Source of the DNA: Folioceros fuciformis
Taxonomy: Eukaryota
Direction of reading: 5' to 3'
DNA length: 48,250 nt
Assembly: GCA_049999805.1 (NCBI GenBank)
Contig: JBNGIO010005900.1
Location: forward strand, 62,001-110,250
In this document: positions 23,983 through 34,753 of the stretch, in pieces
Layout of the letters: each line of letters opens with the position of its first letter
How positions within the stretch are numbered: the stretch's first letter is position 1
Position numbers and translations under genes: made by a program
The notes under the pieces: model-generated
What the model saw: the letters and a program-made list of their open reading frames with translations, nothing else
Told to the model about the DNA's origin: nothing
Databases searched by the model: none

Positions 23983-24328
23983 CACCCACACTCCGCCGAA
24001 CACTCCAGCGAGAACCTTCATCCAGCAAACGCCTAAATCATCGAGCCGAATCTCGACACAGAGTATAAGGCCCGCCAGAAGTCGTAGGCCAACGAAGATG
24101 CCGCCGTATCGTGCTCCGATGGCGAACCCACAGTCCCCTCCCCGACACCGACACACGGCAAGAACCAATGAGCGGGAGAGAAACTCCCGCCACGCACTGC
24201 GTTTCCCGCCACGCCGTGACGTGGCTCCTGCTCTCTCCTCCCCATGCCTTCTGTCTACTGCAGGACAGGGATCTCTTCTTCAGGAGGCTAAGAATGGTCG
24301 TACATTTCTCCTTTCCCGCACCGCCGGA

Positions 24329-26742
24329 ATGGCGGCGATGGCGATCGTGCTTCCTTACCAGCTCCAACCTCTATTCTGCAAACAGGAGGTTGCTGCGAAA
24401 AGCTGGAGGGGTGGTACCAGACTGGTAGCTGTGCGAAGCTCTCTCTCGACGGACTCGTCGCCTTTCTGCAGTGAGGTAGGGAGATGCAGGTGGTGGAGCG
24501 GACACGTTTTGCCTCATACGGGATAATTCGGAGTGACGATTGGCATGCGGTGTGGGCAGGTGGTGGAGGCTGTGAGTGCGCTGGGTCCGCATTTCGCAGC
24601 TGTGGACGGGATGGTTGCTATGAACATCAACCGAGTGCTCAAAGCCTACGCAAATGCCCGCGTTGGATCTCATGTGAGAGTGCTGCTCTGGCTGCTTTGG
24701 GTCTGGATTTTGGACTCGCTGGGTTCTGAATCAGCAGCTATGGTGCAGCATTTTGCAGGCACCACAGGGTACGGGCACAGCGATGCGGGAGGGCGTGAAG
24801 CTCTGGACAAGGCTTTTGCTGAGGTTGTCGGTGCAGAGGCTGCCCTAGTCCGTTCTCAGGTCAATGCTGCGGGGTGCCATCTTCTCTGCTTCTCGTGAAT
24901 CATCCATGGAAGGAAGTGTCTCCGCTGATGGGTGGCTTTCTCCTGCGTGAATGCAGTTTTTCTCTGGGACACATGCCATTGCCTGCGCACTCTTTGCTGC
25001 TCTTCGACCTGACGGCGAGGTAGACATTGGCTTCACTGCGTTCTGATCCTTGCCGCAATGGGCTTGCTTGCCGGATTGGATTGGGCTTTTATGGTCTGTT
25101 CCAGCTGCTGTCAGTTGCAGGTGCACCGTATGACACTTTGGAGGAAGTGATCGGCTTGCGCGGCTCATCAGGGCAAGGGTCGCTGAGAGAGTTTGGTGTT
25201 TCCTACAGAGAGATCCAAGTAGGATGTTCCTGCGTCTGCAGACCATTGTTTCCATCTTCTGTGCCTCACAAAGTGTGTTTCAACAGTTCCTTCTGGTGTA
25301 GCTTGCTGCAGATGGGGGACTCGATTGGGAGGCTCTCTCTGTCGGAGTGAGGCCTGAGACACAGTGTGCCTTGATTCAGCGATCCTGTGGATATTCATGG
25401 CGGCAGACGTTGAGTGTGTCGGAGATCCAGCGTGCCATTGAGATCATCAAGGCGAGTCGTATACCATCCCTGAAACTACAGCCAGGTTTGCTTGGAGCTC
25501 CATCCATCGTAGTGCTTCGCTGCTCGTACCTGATTAGTTGATTTGATCATCAAATCCGAACATGTCCATGTTGTGTGAACCGTGAGACGTGGATGCACTC
25601 CCTTTCTTTCAGGCACAAAATCCCAACTGTGTTGTTGTCGTTGATAACTGTTATGGCGAGTTCATAGAGACCTCGGAGCCAACTGCTGTGGTACATGCTG
25701 TCCCCTCCCTCCCACTCTGGTTGTCTTGCCCTCTCCATTCTCCGGTCTCAAGGTTCTCCGATTCTCATGCTCAGTCTCCTCACGTCAGGGAGCGGACCTA
25801 ATGGCTGGCAGCCTTATCAAGAACCCTGGGGGCACCATTGCGCCTACAGGGGGCTACGTAGCAGGCAAGGCCGAGAAGGTAGCAGGAGCAGCTGCCCGCC
25901 TCTCAGCCCCTGGCATAGGCATGGACTCTGGCTCGACTTCTGGCGAGGTGATGCGTCTCATGTTCCAGGGCCTCTTCCTTGCTCCTCAGATGGTGGGGGA
26001 AGCTATCAAGGTGACCATCTATTTCCCCCGAAACTAAACCACGCTACGGTGGTAAGCATCTTTTACACCATATCGGATGCTGGCTCCCACGCTTGCAGAG
26101 CTCCTTGCTGGTGGCAGAGGTGATGGCAGCTGAAGGCTTCAGAGTACAACCTGCCCCCCGAGTGAAACGTCGCGACATCATCCAGGTACCGGCCTTCCAG
26201 ACGAGCGTTTCTGCTACTTCCGTTCCACCCTTGACCATCCCCTGCCCTCCTCCCCACTCTTTGCGCTTCGGCACCTGCGCAGGCAGTGGAGCTGGGAGAC
26301 CGGCAGCGCCTGCTCACCTTCTGCGCTGCAGTGCAGAAGCGTTGTCCTATCGGTTCCTACATCCAGCCAATGGCAGGGGCCACTGCAGGTTACGAGTCTG
26401 AGGTACGCTGCAGCGACACACTGAGATGTGCAGGCTGGAGAGAGCCAGGGCTAATTCCGCTGCTGGTGCTGCATGGTGAATCAAACCAGGTTGTTTTCGC
26501 AGACGGCACATTTGTGGACGGCAGCACCAGTGAGCTGTCGTGCGACGGACCCTTGAGGGAACCCTTTGTTGTCTTCTGTCAGGTCCGTGGTGATTTACCT
26601 TCTACTGTCACATTGGCCTCCCTTCTTGGCTTGATGAGCTGTCGAACCTGCATCCTCTCTGCAGGGAGGCACTCACTGGACTCACTGGGCCCTGGCCTTG
26701 GACGATGTGCTGAGCTCGTTGCGGAAGCTGGAGGCGGATTAG
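24329..26742 (+). CDS. YnbB/aluminium-resistance (methionine gamma-lyase-like) PLP-dependent protein, likely organelle-targeted, 12 exons
   Basis: Spliced product contains HFAGTTGYGHSDAGGREALD, SGTHAIACAL, GAPYDTLEEVIG, IQRSCGYSWR, VDNCYGEF, PLP-lysine motif AGSLIKNPGG, FQGLFLAP and ADGTFVDGSTSELSCDGPLREP. Stop TAG at 26740-26742. One GC-AG intron (25452-25612). Confidence 0.93.
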
Positions 26743-26937
26743 GCTGATTAGGTTTAGGGATGAGGGCTGGTCTTGGTCCCTCCTGCTTCGGCCCGGACAA
26801 CAGAAGACTGCATCACGCAGAAGGATTGAGAAGAGCCTGAACGAGGCGGTTGAGCCTGTCGTTATCGTATGAATAAAATGAAGTAATTGAGTGTTTATTA
26901 TCTACCTCGGAGCTCGGAAGGTGCAGCAGGACACGGA

Positions 26938-26982
26938 ACCTGGAGGGCGTTTCGAGACCCTGGAGGGCGTTTCGAGACCCTG
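26938..26982. repeat. 20-bp tandem duplication
   Basis: CCTGGAGGGCGTTTCGAGAC occurs twice in tandem. Confidence 0.85.
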
Positions 26983-27736
26983 CGTCTCATCACAACACAC
27001 AGCAACTGCAGCTTCCTCGAACTCTCCACGTCACCTTCTTGACATGGTACAGTACATACTGTACATACCTGGGAGGTGCAGACTGGCAGGGTTTGGGACA
27101 CGTCCGCGTTCGCAGTGAGGTGGGAAGGGACGTTGGTTATCTCGGGCGTGGAGACCGTGTCGGTCGGTCATGGTGGATGGAAATTGCGGGTACGCCCGGG
27201 TCGTGGAAAAGGCCAAAAGGCTGTCAATCATCTGCCAATCGGCGATCGTGGCGCCAAATTTCTTCATCGTCCTTCCTGCCTAATTTTTCCAGCTCGCGAT
27301 CGGCGCTGCGCTTGCGCTTCCGTTAGCGAGACCGTCTCACTGCGTCTCTTTCCGCCGCTTCTGGCTTCATTTTTCAGCGGGAACGTGCGGCTGTAGATTC
27401 GGATCTGGCGTCGGACCAGCGCGGGTCTCGGAGGTGCGTGTCCTGGACTTCTCGGGTGTGTGGAATGTTGAAGCGTTGCGGCTGCTTCTCGTGTGTCCGG
27501 CTGGGCTGAGAACCTGCGGTCGTGCCGTGAATGGTGGCGCATTCACTGGTTTGGTTTGGCTGAGGAAGCTTGGTTGTGTTGCGGTCAAATCTGACATATT
27601 GTTCTGTTCTGTTCTGTTGGCCTCCGCAGGAATTTTGGTGCTTCTGGTCTGGAGGAATTTTGGTGCATGAACGTTCTTCCTTTGCCCCGCTCTGCGCATT
27701 GGAGATACGTGTGGGGAGCCGGCGGAGAGCCGAGGC

Positions 27737-30700
27737 ATGGATCATGAGCGGCCTCCACCGCTATCTCGAAGGGATGGAGCTGGGGCTGCGGTTCTCCAGC
27801 ATCCGCCAGGGTTCGCTCCGCTGCCGGCCTTACTTCCACCAGGAGCTAGGGTTCAGGGTTTGGGACGGTTTGATGGTGTCTTCGGGAGGGATACAGGGAG
27901 CCGACAGGGGGCGGCGGCTGGTCGTGGCGTGAATGAGCACGGAGGGGTGGGAAGCCCTTCCGGCCACCAGTATCAGGGAAATGGTTCTGAAGTTGCGTCC
28001 AGAAGTGGCAGGGCTGTTGCCCCGCCTCCGAGAACTCTGCATGTCCCCCCTGGATTTCGGGGCCATCCACAGCAGAATCTAGGGCTTTCTCAGCATCATT
28101 CAGGCCCTCCTCACCAGCACGCAGTGCAGTTTCATTCTGCAGGTGACTCTAGTTCTGGTGGGAATTATTCGGGCACTTCTTACAACCGTCCGGGCCTTTC
28201 TCACCAGCACTTAGCGCAGTTCCAGTCAGTAGGTGACTCAAATTCTGTGGGCAATGGTGCCGTGGGTGGTCATTTCTCGATGGGTCAGGGTCAGTTAGAT
28301 ATGTCTCAGCCAGGTAACGGCGAGGATTTCAGGACGCAGGATGGTCTTAACGCTCAAGGAGCCGGTAATGGGAGGGGGAGGCTTTACGGGATGCCTGCTG
28401 AGAAAGGTAATCAGACTAGACCGCAACCACGGGGTAGAGGGTACGGAAATGGAGGAAGAGCCCGGTATATGCCAAATATGCTCGGCGGAGCGGGACACCA
28501 AAGTGGGTTTGGGGGCCAGCAAGAAAGAGGCTCTATCCCTCCGGGATCTTTGGTAGCTGCACGGGACGCAGCAACTGAAGCTCTTCATGGTCTGTCCATG
28601 AGCTCAAGAGCTGGCGACAATCACTTCCAACCTGGGACTGGGAATGGGTGTGGAGGACCCACCAGCTGGAGACCCATTGCGCCTTACGTCTCCGCTCAGG
28701 CTGCTGCATATCAGGGAAGCTCTCAACCACTCACGGGTGCAAGCGTGACAGAAGACAATATAGAAGGTCTCTCTGCAGGGCATTGGAGGGAGGCCAACAA
28801 GCAGCCTGTCCCTCATTTAGTGCAAGAGCTCCAGGACAAGCTGGCAAACGGGAAACAGGAATGCATGATATGCTACGATATGGTGGGCCGTAAGGCTGCA
28901 GTGTGGTCGTGTGCGAGTTGCTATGCAATTTTCCACCTTGCTTGCATAAAAAAGTGGGCTAGAGCTCCAACTTCGGCTGATTTGTCTGTGTCGGGTCAAG
29001 GAAATGCCTTTGAAGGGAATTGGAGGTGCCCGGGTTGCCAAACTGTTCAGCTAACAAGTGCCAAGGAGATTCGGTATCAGTGTTTCTGTGGTAAACTAGT
29101 GGATCCTCCCGTCGATTTTTATTTGACACCCCATTCTTGTGGGCAAACATGTAAGAAGCCACTGGACAAAGGAAAGAACTTCAAGTGCCAGCACCATTGC
29201 ACCATGCAGTGTCATCCAGGACCCTGCCCACCGTGCATGACACTTCTTCCACCTCATCCATGTCCCTGTGGGAAGGTGACACTTACACGGCGCTGTTCTG
29301 ACCAGCAGAAGTGTCCAGATTGCTGTGGACAGACATGTGGGCGTACCCTCCTCTGTGGACGACATTCATGTGCCAAAGTTTGTCACGAAGGTCCATGCGA
29401 TGTTTGCCAGGTTGATTTCACTGCCAGATGTTACTGTGGTGCAAAGGAGGAACAGACAACGTGTGGACAGCTAGAACGTTATGGTGACTTGACTTGGGAT
29501 AAGGGTCTGTTCTCTTGTGGGTCTACTTGTGGAGGTATGCTGGTATGCGGTAATCACAGGTGCACGCAGACATGTCATGTAGGAAGCTGTGAAGGTTGTG
29601 AACTTTCTCCTTCTAAAGTAGTGACATGTCCTTGTGGTAAGGAATCCGTCCACTTTCTACTTGGTCTGGGCCACGTAAGGAGAAGCTGTTTGGATCCGGT
29701 ACCCACTTGTGGTCAGAAATGTGGGAAGATTTTACCGTGTAAGAAGCACGTGTGCGAAAGTGCTTGTCATACAGGCCCTTGTTCTATGTGTATGGTTCCA
29801 ACTGAGCAGAAATGTCGGTGTGGCTCCTCAACAAGGACTGTACCTTGCCATGTCACGTATGTTACGAACAGAGGAGGAAGCAAGGATGGCGAGATTGGTG
29901 AACAGGGACCCTCTGGTAAGGACTTCCTGTGTGAGAAGACATGCGGTTCGTTGAAGAACTGTGGAAGACATAGATGCAATAACAGGTGCTGCAAAGGAGT
30001 GCCAGATGGCGTTCAAAACCCTCACGTCTGTATGCTGAAGTGTGGGAAAAAATTGCGTTGTAAGCGTCATGATTGTCAGGAGCTTTGCCATGCCGGACAT
30101 TGCCCACCATGTTTGGAGTCTTCTTTTACAGAGTTGTCCTGTGCGTGTGGTGCAGCCTCGGTGCCACCTCCGGTGCCCTGTGGCACACCGGTTCCTTCTT
30201 GTCATCGACCTTGCTCTATTCCTCAGGCATGTGGTCACGAGCCCAATCACCTGTGTCACTTTGGGGACTGCCCACCTTGCTCACTTCCTGTAGCTAAGGT
30301 GTGTGTCGGTAATCATGTGAGATTGAGGGCAGTTCCATGTGGCTCTCGAGACATCAAATGCAACAAGCTCTGTGGCAGGACAAGACAGTGCGGCCTACAT
30401 GCCTGTGCCCGCAGTTGCCATGCACCCCCATGTGACACGCATGGGACTGGGCTGGATATTGGGATTAGCTCAACCGTTGCTGATAATGGAAACAGCTCTG
30501 GGGCTGCTGAAAGGAAGTCTAGGGCTTCCTGTGGGCAACCTTGTGGAGCTCCGCGTCGTGACTGCCCTCACACTTGTGTCGCTCCTTGCCATCCATCAGC
30601 ACCATGCCCCGAGGATTGTTGCGGAGTGATGGTAACTGTAACATGCTCGTGTGGAAGATTGACAGCTGAAGTACCTTGTGATGCAGAGGCAAGTAAGGGA

Positions 30701-31861
30701 GGTGTCATGGATGCAGTGCTTTTGCCCTCACTTGCGTTGCAATCAATTGACGGGACCACGCATATTCCAATGGGGCAGAGGAAGCTGGTCTGCGATGACA
30801 AGTGTTCAAAGCAAGAGAAGAGGCGTATTCTTGCTGATGCTTTTGGTGCTGTCACTCCTGGCGAGCCAGTCACTGGAGCTGAAGGTGGCTTGGTGGGCCC
30901 TGAATTACTTGCAGAGTTAATTCGAAGGGAGCCACATTGGGTCGGGGCGATAGAGGATAGACTGAAGTACTTGCTGCTTGGACCCAGGAATGGAGCAGGT
31001 GTTGTCAAATTACACGTCTTCTGTGCTCTTCCCAGAGAAAGGAGGGAAGTTATTCATCAGCTAGCGGAGAGGTGGGGACTGACTGTTACTGGTGTTGGGC
31101 GAGATCCACGCAGGTTTGTGGTTGTCCATGTGACATCAAAGTCCAAGTCACCTGCACGTGGATTGCTTACAAAAGCACCTCTGCCTCCTGTTGGCCAGGC
31201 ATCAGCGGCCCCTTTCAACCCCAGTATTGATATGGAGCCAAGCTTGGTGGTCTGTCTTTTTGATCTTCCCCGAGAATCAGATGACGTCAGCACACTCGTC
31301 CTCAGGTTTGGAGGGGAGTGTGAGTTGGTTTGGTTGAATGATCGGAACGCTTTGGCTATTTTTGGAGACCCACTAAGGGCGGCAACAGCCTTGCGGCGAG
31401 TGGAGCATGCTTCGTCGTATCGAGGAGCTGTAGTGATGTCACAGGGTGGATCTTCAACTGTTGCTCCTCGTCTGAATCCATGGGGCCCAAGCTCGAGTGC
31501 ATTTGTAGCACCTCAAGCACCAGTGACAGGTTTTAGAGCACCTGCAAGGAAGAAAAGTTCTAAGGAATCCTGGGTGGAAGATGCTTGGGGCGAGGACAAT
31601 TCTAAAGAGGAATTTAAGGGTGCATGGCAACCGAAACCGACCCCACCTGTGTCCTTGAAAAATCCATGGGGTGCTCTGGAGCAAGGTGGAGGATCACACG
31701 AATCAATTGTAGTAAGCAGTTCTGCAAGCAGTGCAAATCTGAGACCACTGCAGAGCCAGAAGTCCACTGCTCATGCCACGGGTAGTGTTTCGGCCGTCAT
31801 TCAGGCTATTGGGGAAGACGTTGAGGATGACTGGGAGAATGCTGTTGATGGTGGTTCTTAA
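27737..31861 (+). CDS. NFXL1: NF-X1-type zinc finger protein (RING/PHD, NF-X1 repeats, R3H), single exon, 1374 aa
   Basis: CMICYDMV...VWSCASCYAIFHLACIKKWARAP...WRCPGC, many CGxHxCxxxCHxGxC repeats, R3H-like RERREVIHQLAERWGL, RFGGECELVWLNDRNALAIF, and terminal DDWE. Confidence 0.97.
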   Translation: MDHERPPPLSRRDGAGAAVLQHPPGFAPLPALLPPGARVQGLGRFDGVFGRDTGSRQGAAAGRGVNEHGGVGSPSGHQYQGNGSEVASRSGRAVAPPPRTLHVPPGFRGHPQQNLGLSQHHSGPPHQHAVQFHSAGDSSSGGNYSGTSYNRPGLSHQHLAQFQSVGDSNSVGNGAVGGHFSMGQGQLDMSQPGNGEDFRTQDGLNAQGAGNGRGRLYGMPAEKGNQTRPQPRGRGYGNGGRARYMPNMLGGAGHQSGFGGQQERGSIPPGSLVAARDAATEALHGLSMSSRAGDNHFQPGTGNGCGGPTSWRPIAPYVSAQAAAYQGSSQPLTGASVTEDNIEGLSAGHWREANKQPVPHLVQELQDKLANGKQECMICYDMVGRKAAVWSCASCYAIFHLACIKKWARAPTSADLSVSGQGNAFEGNWRCPGCQTVQLTSAKEIRYQCFCGKLVDPPVDFYLTPHSCGQTCKKPLDKGKNFKCQHHCTMQCHPGPCPPCMTLLPPHPCPCGKVTLTRRCSDQQKCPDCCGQTCGRTLLCGRHSCAKVCHEGPCDVCQVDFTARCYCGAKEEQTTCGQLERYGDLTWDKGLFSCGSTCGGMLVCGNHRCTQTCHVGSCEGCELSPSKVVTCPCGKESVHFLLGLGHVRRSCLDPVPTCGQKCGKILPCKKHVCESACHTGPCSMCMVPTEQKCRCGSSTRTVPCHVTYVTNRGGSKDGEIGEQGPSGKDFLCEKTCGSLKNCGRHRCNNRCCKGVPDGVQNPHVCMLKCGKKLRCKRHDCQELCHAGHCPPCLESSFTELSCACGAASVPPPVPCGTPVPSCHRPCSIPQACGHEPNHLCHFGDCPPCSLPVAKVCVGNHVRLRAVPCGSRDIKCNKLCGRTRQCGLHACARSCHAPPCDTHGTGLDIGISSTVADNGNSSGAAERKSRASCGQPCGAPRRDCPHTCVAPCHPSAPCPEDCCGVMVTVTCSCGRLTAEVPCDAEASKGGVMDAVLLPSLALQSIDGTTHIPMGQRKLVCDDKCSKQEKRRILADAFGAVTPGEPVTGAEGGLVGPELLAELIRREPHWVGAIEDRLKYLLLGPRNGAGVVKLHVFCALPRERREVIHQLAERWGLTVTGVGRDPRRFVVVHVTSKSKSPARGLLTKAPLPPVGQASAAPFNPSIDMEPSLVVCLFDLPRESDDVSTLVLRFGGECELVWLNDRNALAIFGDPLRAATALRRVEHASSYRGAVVMSQGGSSTVAPRLNPWGPSSSAFVAPQAPVTGFRAPARKKSSKESWVEDAWGEDNSKEEFKGAWQPKPTPPVSLKNPWGALEQGGGSHESIVVSSSASSANLRPLQSQKSTAHATGSVSAVIQAIGEDVEDDWENAVDGGS

Positions 31862-33890
31862 CTGTTGCTCAGCTACAATATTTGTCCACTCAATATTTGT
31901 TGGCGTTCGGTGGATTTAATTTCTCAGAGTCGGCACCCACACCAGCCAGCAGTGTGAAAGGAAACTTCTCGGAAGCTGTACATAACCTGAGAGCCGTTGC
32001 AGTGCTTGCATGGTGAGCACACTTCTACAGCTCATGATGAATTTTGAGACTTCTGAAGCTTTTGTGGACTAGTGCTTGGCCATCGCTGCTCCAGTCCTCG
32101 CCGCCCTTGAGGACCATCCATGGACGAACAGACACGGGGAGGGGATTAGCTTTAGGATTAGTTGTCGGTTACATCTGAATGCGTGTATTGTCAGTTGAAC
32201 AGGACACTGTCTCATTGTTCTTTCAAATTGTTTGTCTTCAGCCGATGTTAAGCTGAAGAGCACAGGGACGCGAGGGGAGGAGGGGGGAAGGGGGAGCCGA
32301 GAGTTGGGGAGTAGGGGCCGTGTGAATTCCTAGGGAGGAAAATCCCTCTAGCAGTCGCATGACTAGATGTAGGAAGCTCTTTGCCCAGTCTATGGGCTAT
32401 GTCTCGCAGGCTAATTTTTTTTTGGTATCCAGCCCTGGAGTAAGACACAACTGGCTATGATAAATGATTCCACAGTTCGCAACAGGCTACAACTTACTCC
32501 CTCTTCCAGAAGCTCTTTTTTGGCTTTAAAGCAGAGACTTCGTTCTCATTAATAAGAAAGAGGGAAAATTCATTTACCCGAATACGGGGAGCTGTAGTTT
32601 TTGTGAAGCTTGGTAAATTCTGCATCGGAATCTGCTCACATACTTCTCTACTAGGATCTTTCCCTCCTTTAATAAAAAGAGAAAAGCTCCAGAGCTGTGT
32701 TCCAAAGAAATCGTATTTCAAGCCTTTTAGCACTACAGCGAAGGAGACGGCACAATGCGGGCTCAAAGCCTGTTCCAGTCCGTACGAAAATGCACACGGC
32801 TAACTGTAGTCCCGAAAATGGACGCCAATTGGGAGTGACTCATCGCCATGTCATGGTTTTGAGATCAAGAAAAAACATCATTGTCTATTTGCCTCCGTGC
32901 ACTCCGGTTTGAGAGGAGGAAAAGAAGCCCATGGCTCTCCTTCCTCCCACGCATGTGGCCCACACTTCACTAGCTAAGTTTGATGAGAACAAGATGCTAA
33001 TGACTCTTTGTCTCCATTGTAAGTTGGAAAGGTTCATAACAAGAAGAGGACTTAATATGTTCGAGTTTGGTATTGTTTAAGTTCTTTTAATTTTTGTTCA
33101 TCTTCCCAATGCAATGGAGTGACTAGTATCCTTTGGTTGCTATCAATGGGCAGCCACTTATTCAATGCATTCTATAAGTAGCATTGGAATAGAATGGGAT
33201 CTCGACACTTGGTTTTGCGTAATGTTTGCATCCTCACTTCTCAATCAACTTTTTCTCGTAGCATTGCATGGTTACTGTGTCGTGTGCCATCTCCCAACAA
33301 TTTCGTAGCCACTATGCACCAACATCATGACATGTCATGACTATGGGCAATCCACACAATGAATATGAGCAAAGGCAAATTTAGAATCTTGAGCTACTCA
33401 TAAGCACAAGTGTGAAGAACTAAGATTTGATGATGGAACTTGACAGAATGGAACGATAAGCGAAGAACACTTGACTGTTTGTTTGGGCTAGTGGGCTAGA
33501 GGACTCTCCCTAACTACATTTGACTTCTTGATTTCATTTGTTTTGCCTCCTTATATTGTTTGCACTTGAATAGGTTTGCTACTCCCTTAACAAGGGTCTC
33601 CTAGGACACTCTCTGCCCTCTGTGTCTTCTAATTGTGGTTCGAAGCTCACAATGTTATATACCATTTTACAAAGTTCAATAAATTCTTCTCATGAAAAAA
33701 AGCACTTCATAGTGTAGAACACAAGTCGTGCACACCACCTCCACAAAACCAACTCCATGATGTCCTTAAGATTGTTGATAATAGGTTCCTACTTTTGAAG
33801 TGCCTTCTCAAATACGAGGGAATGAAAGTAAGAAAACACGATGTGGGGCGGGGGTGGGAGCTCTATAATGCGCTATCGGTCGGGGTCATC

Positions 33891-33961
33891 ACTAGCAACA
33901 CGGTTTGGGTCAAGGTTGAATGACTAGCAACACGGTTTGGGTCAAGGTTGAATGACTAGCA
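33891..33961. repeat. 32-bp tandem duplication
   Basis: ACTAGCAACACGGTTTGGGTCAAGGTTGAATG occurs twice, followed by ACTAGCA. Confidence 0.9.
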
Positions 33962-34753
33962 TCACGGGAGCGAGATTTAGAGGGAGGTTGGAGGATGAGA
34001 TTTGCAAGGAGCTTGGGGAATAAGCAAGAGGTTGAGCAAGGGAGCGAACACTGCGGGTGGGGCAAGAGAGGAGGGGCCAAGGAGTAGTAGTGAACATGCA
34101 AGATCGAGCTGACCACGTAATAACATTTACCACATTTTGGATGGAATTGTTCTAGCTTCCATAATTCTACCCTCAATTATTATGGATTGCATTCTTTTAG
34201 TATAAACCATAGTAGTGAGCTTCAGACTTTATCCATTGTACGATTAATAGTAGCAATGTTCAAACTTTGTCAATTGTACAACTACTATAAATCTTAGTAG
34301 GACAGCAAGGATTCATCTCATCAATCAATTGTGTAACAAAAACTCAAAGAAGCTTTGACCGAGCTTTAGGCTTACACAAGACAAAAAAACCTAAAACAAC
34401 TCAGTTGAACACCGTCTTCGCATAACTAAACACCTACATTAGACAAACAAAAAGTAAAACACCAAAGACCAAGTGGGGGTGAACTTTCTCCTTCCTAATG
34501 ATATAGTGATCTCCTCTACAATTGCCAAGTGCCTTTCTTCTTCCTTGGCCATGATTGTTCTTTAAAACCTTTTAAATCGCACTAGCCTATTTGTTTCATT
34601 GTTTGGGAACACCTCCTCTATTGATGTAGTGTTGCTTAAGGTCTCGTTCATCCGAGCTGCAGCCTCCCTAATATGATATTGTGTTTTTTCCATTATTACA
34701 TAAACCTTAAATAAAATAACACGTTTTGCTTCCACGATGCTTAAAAAGCTTAT

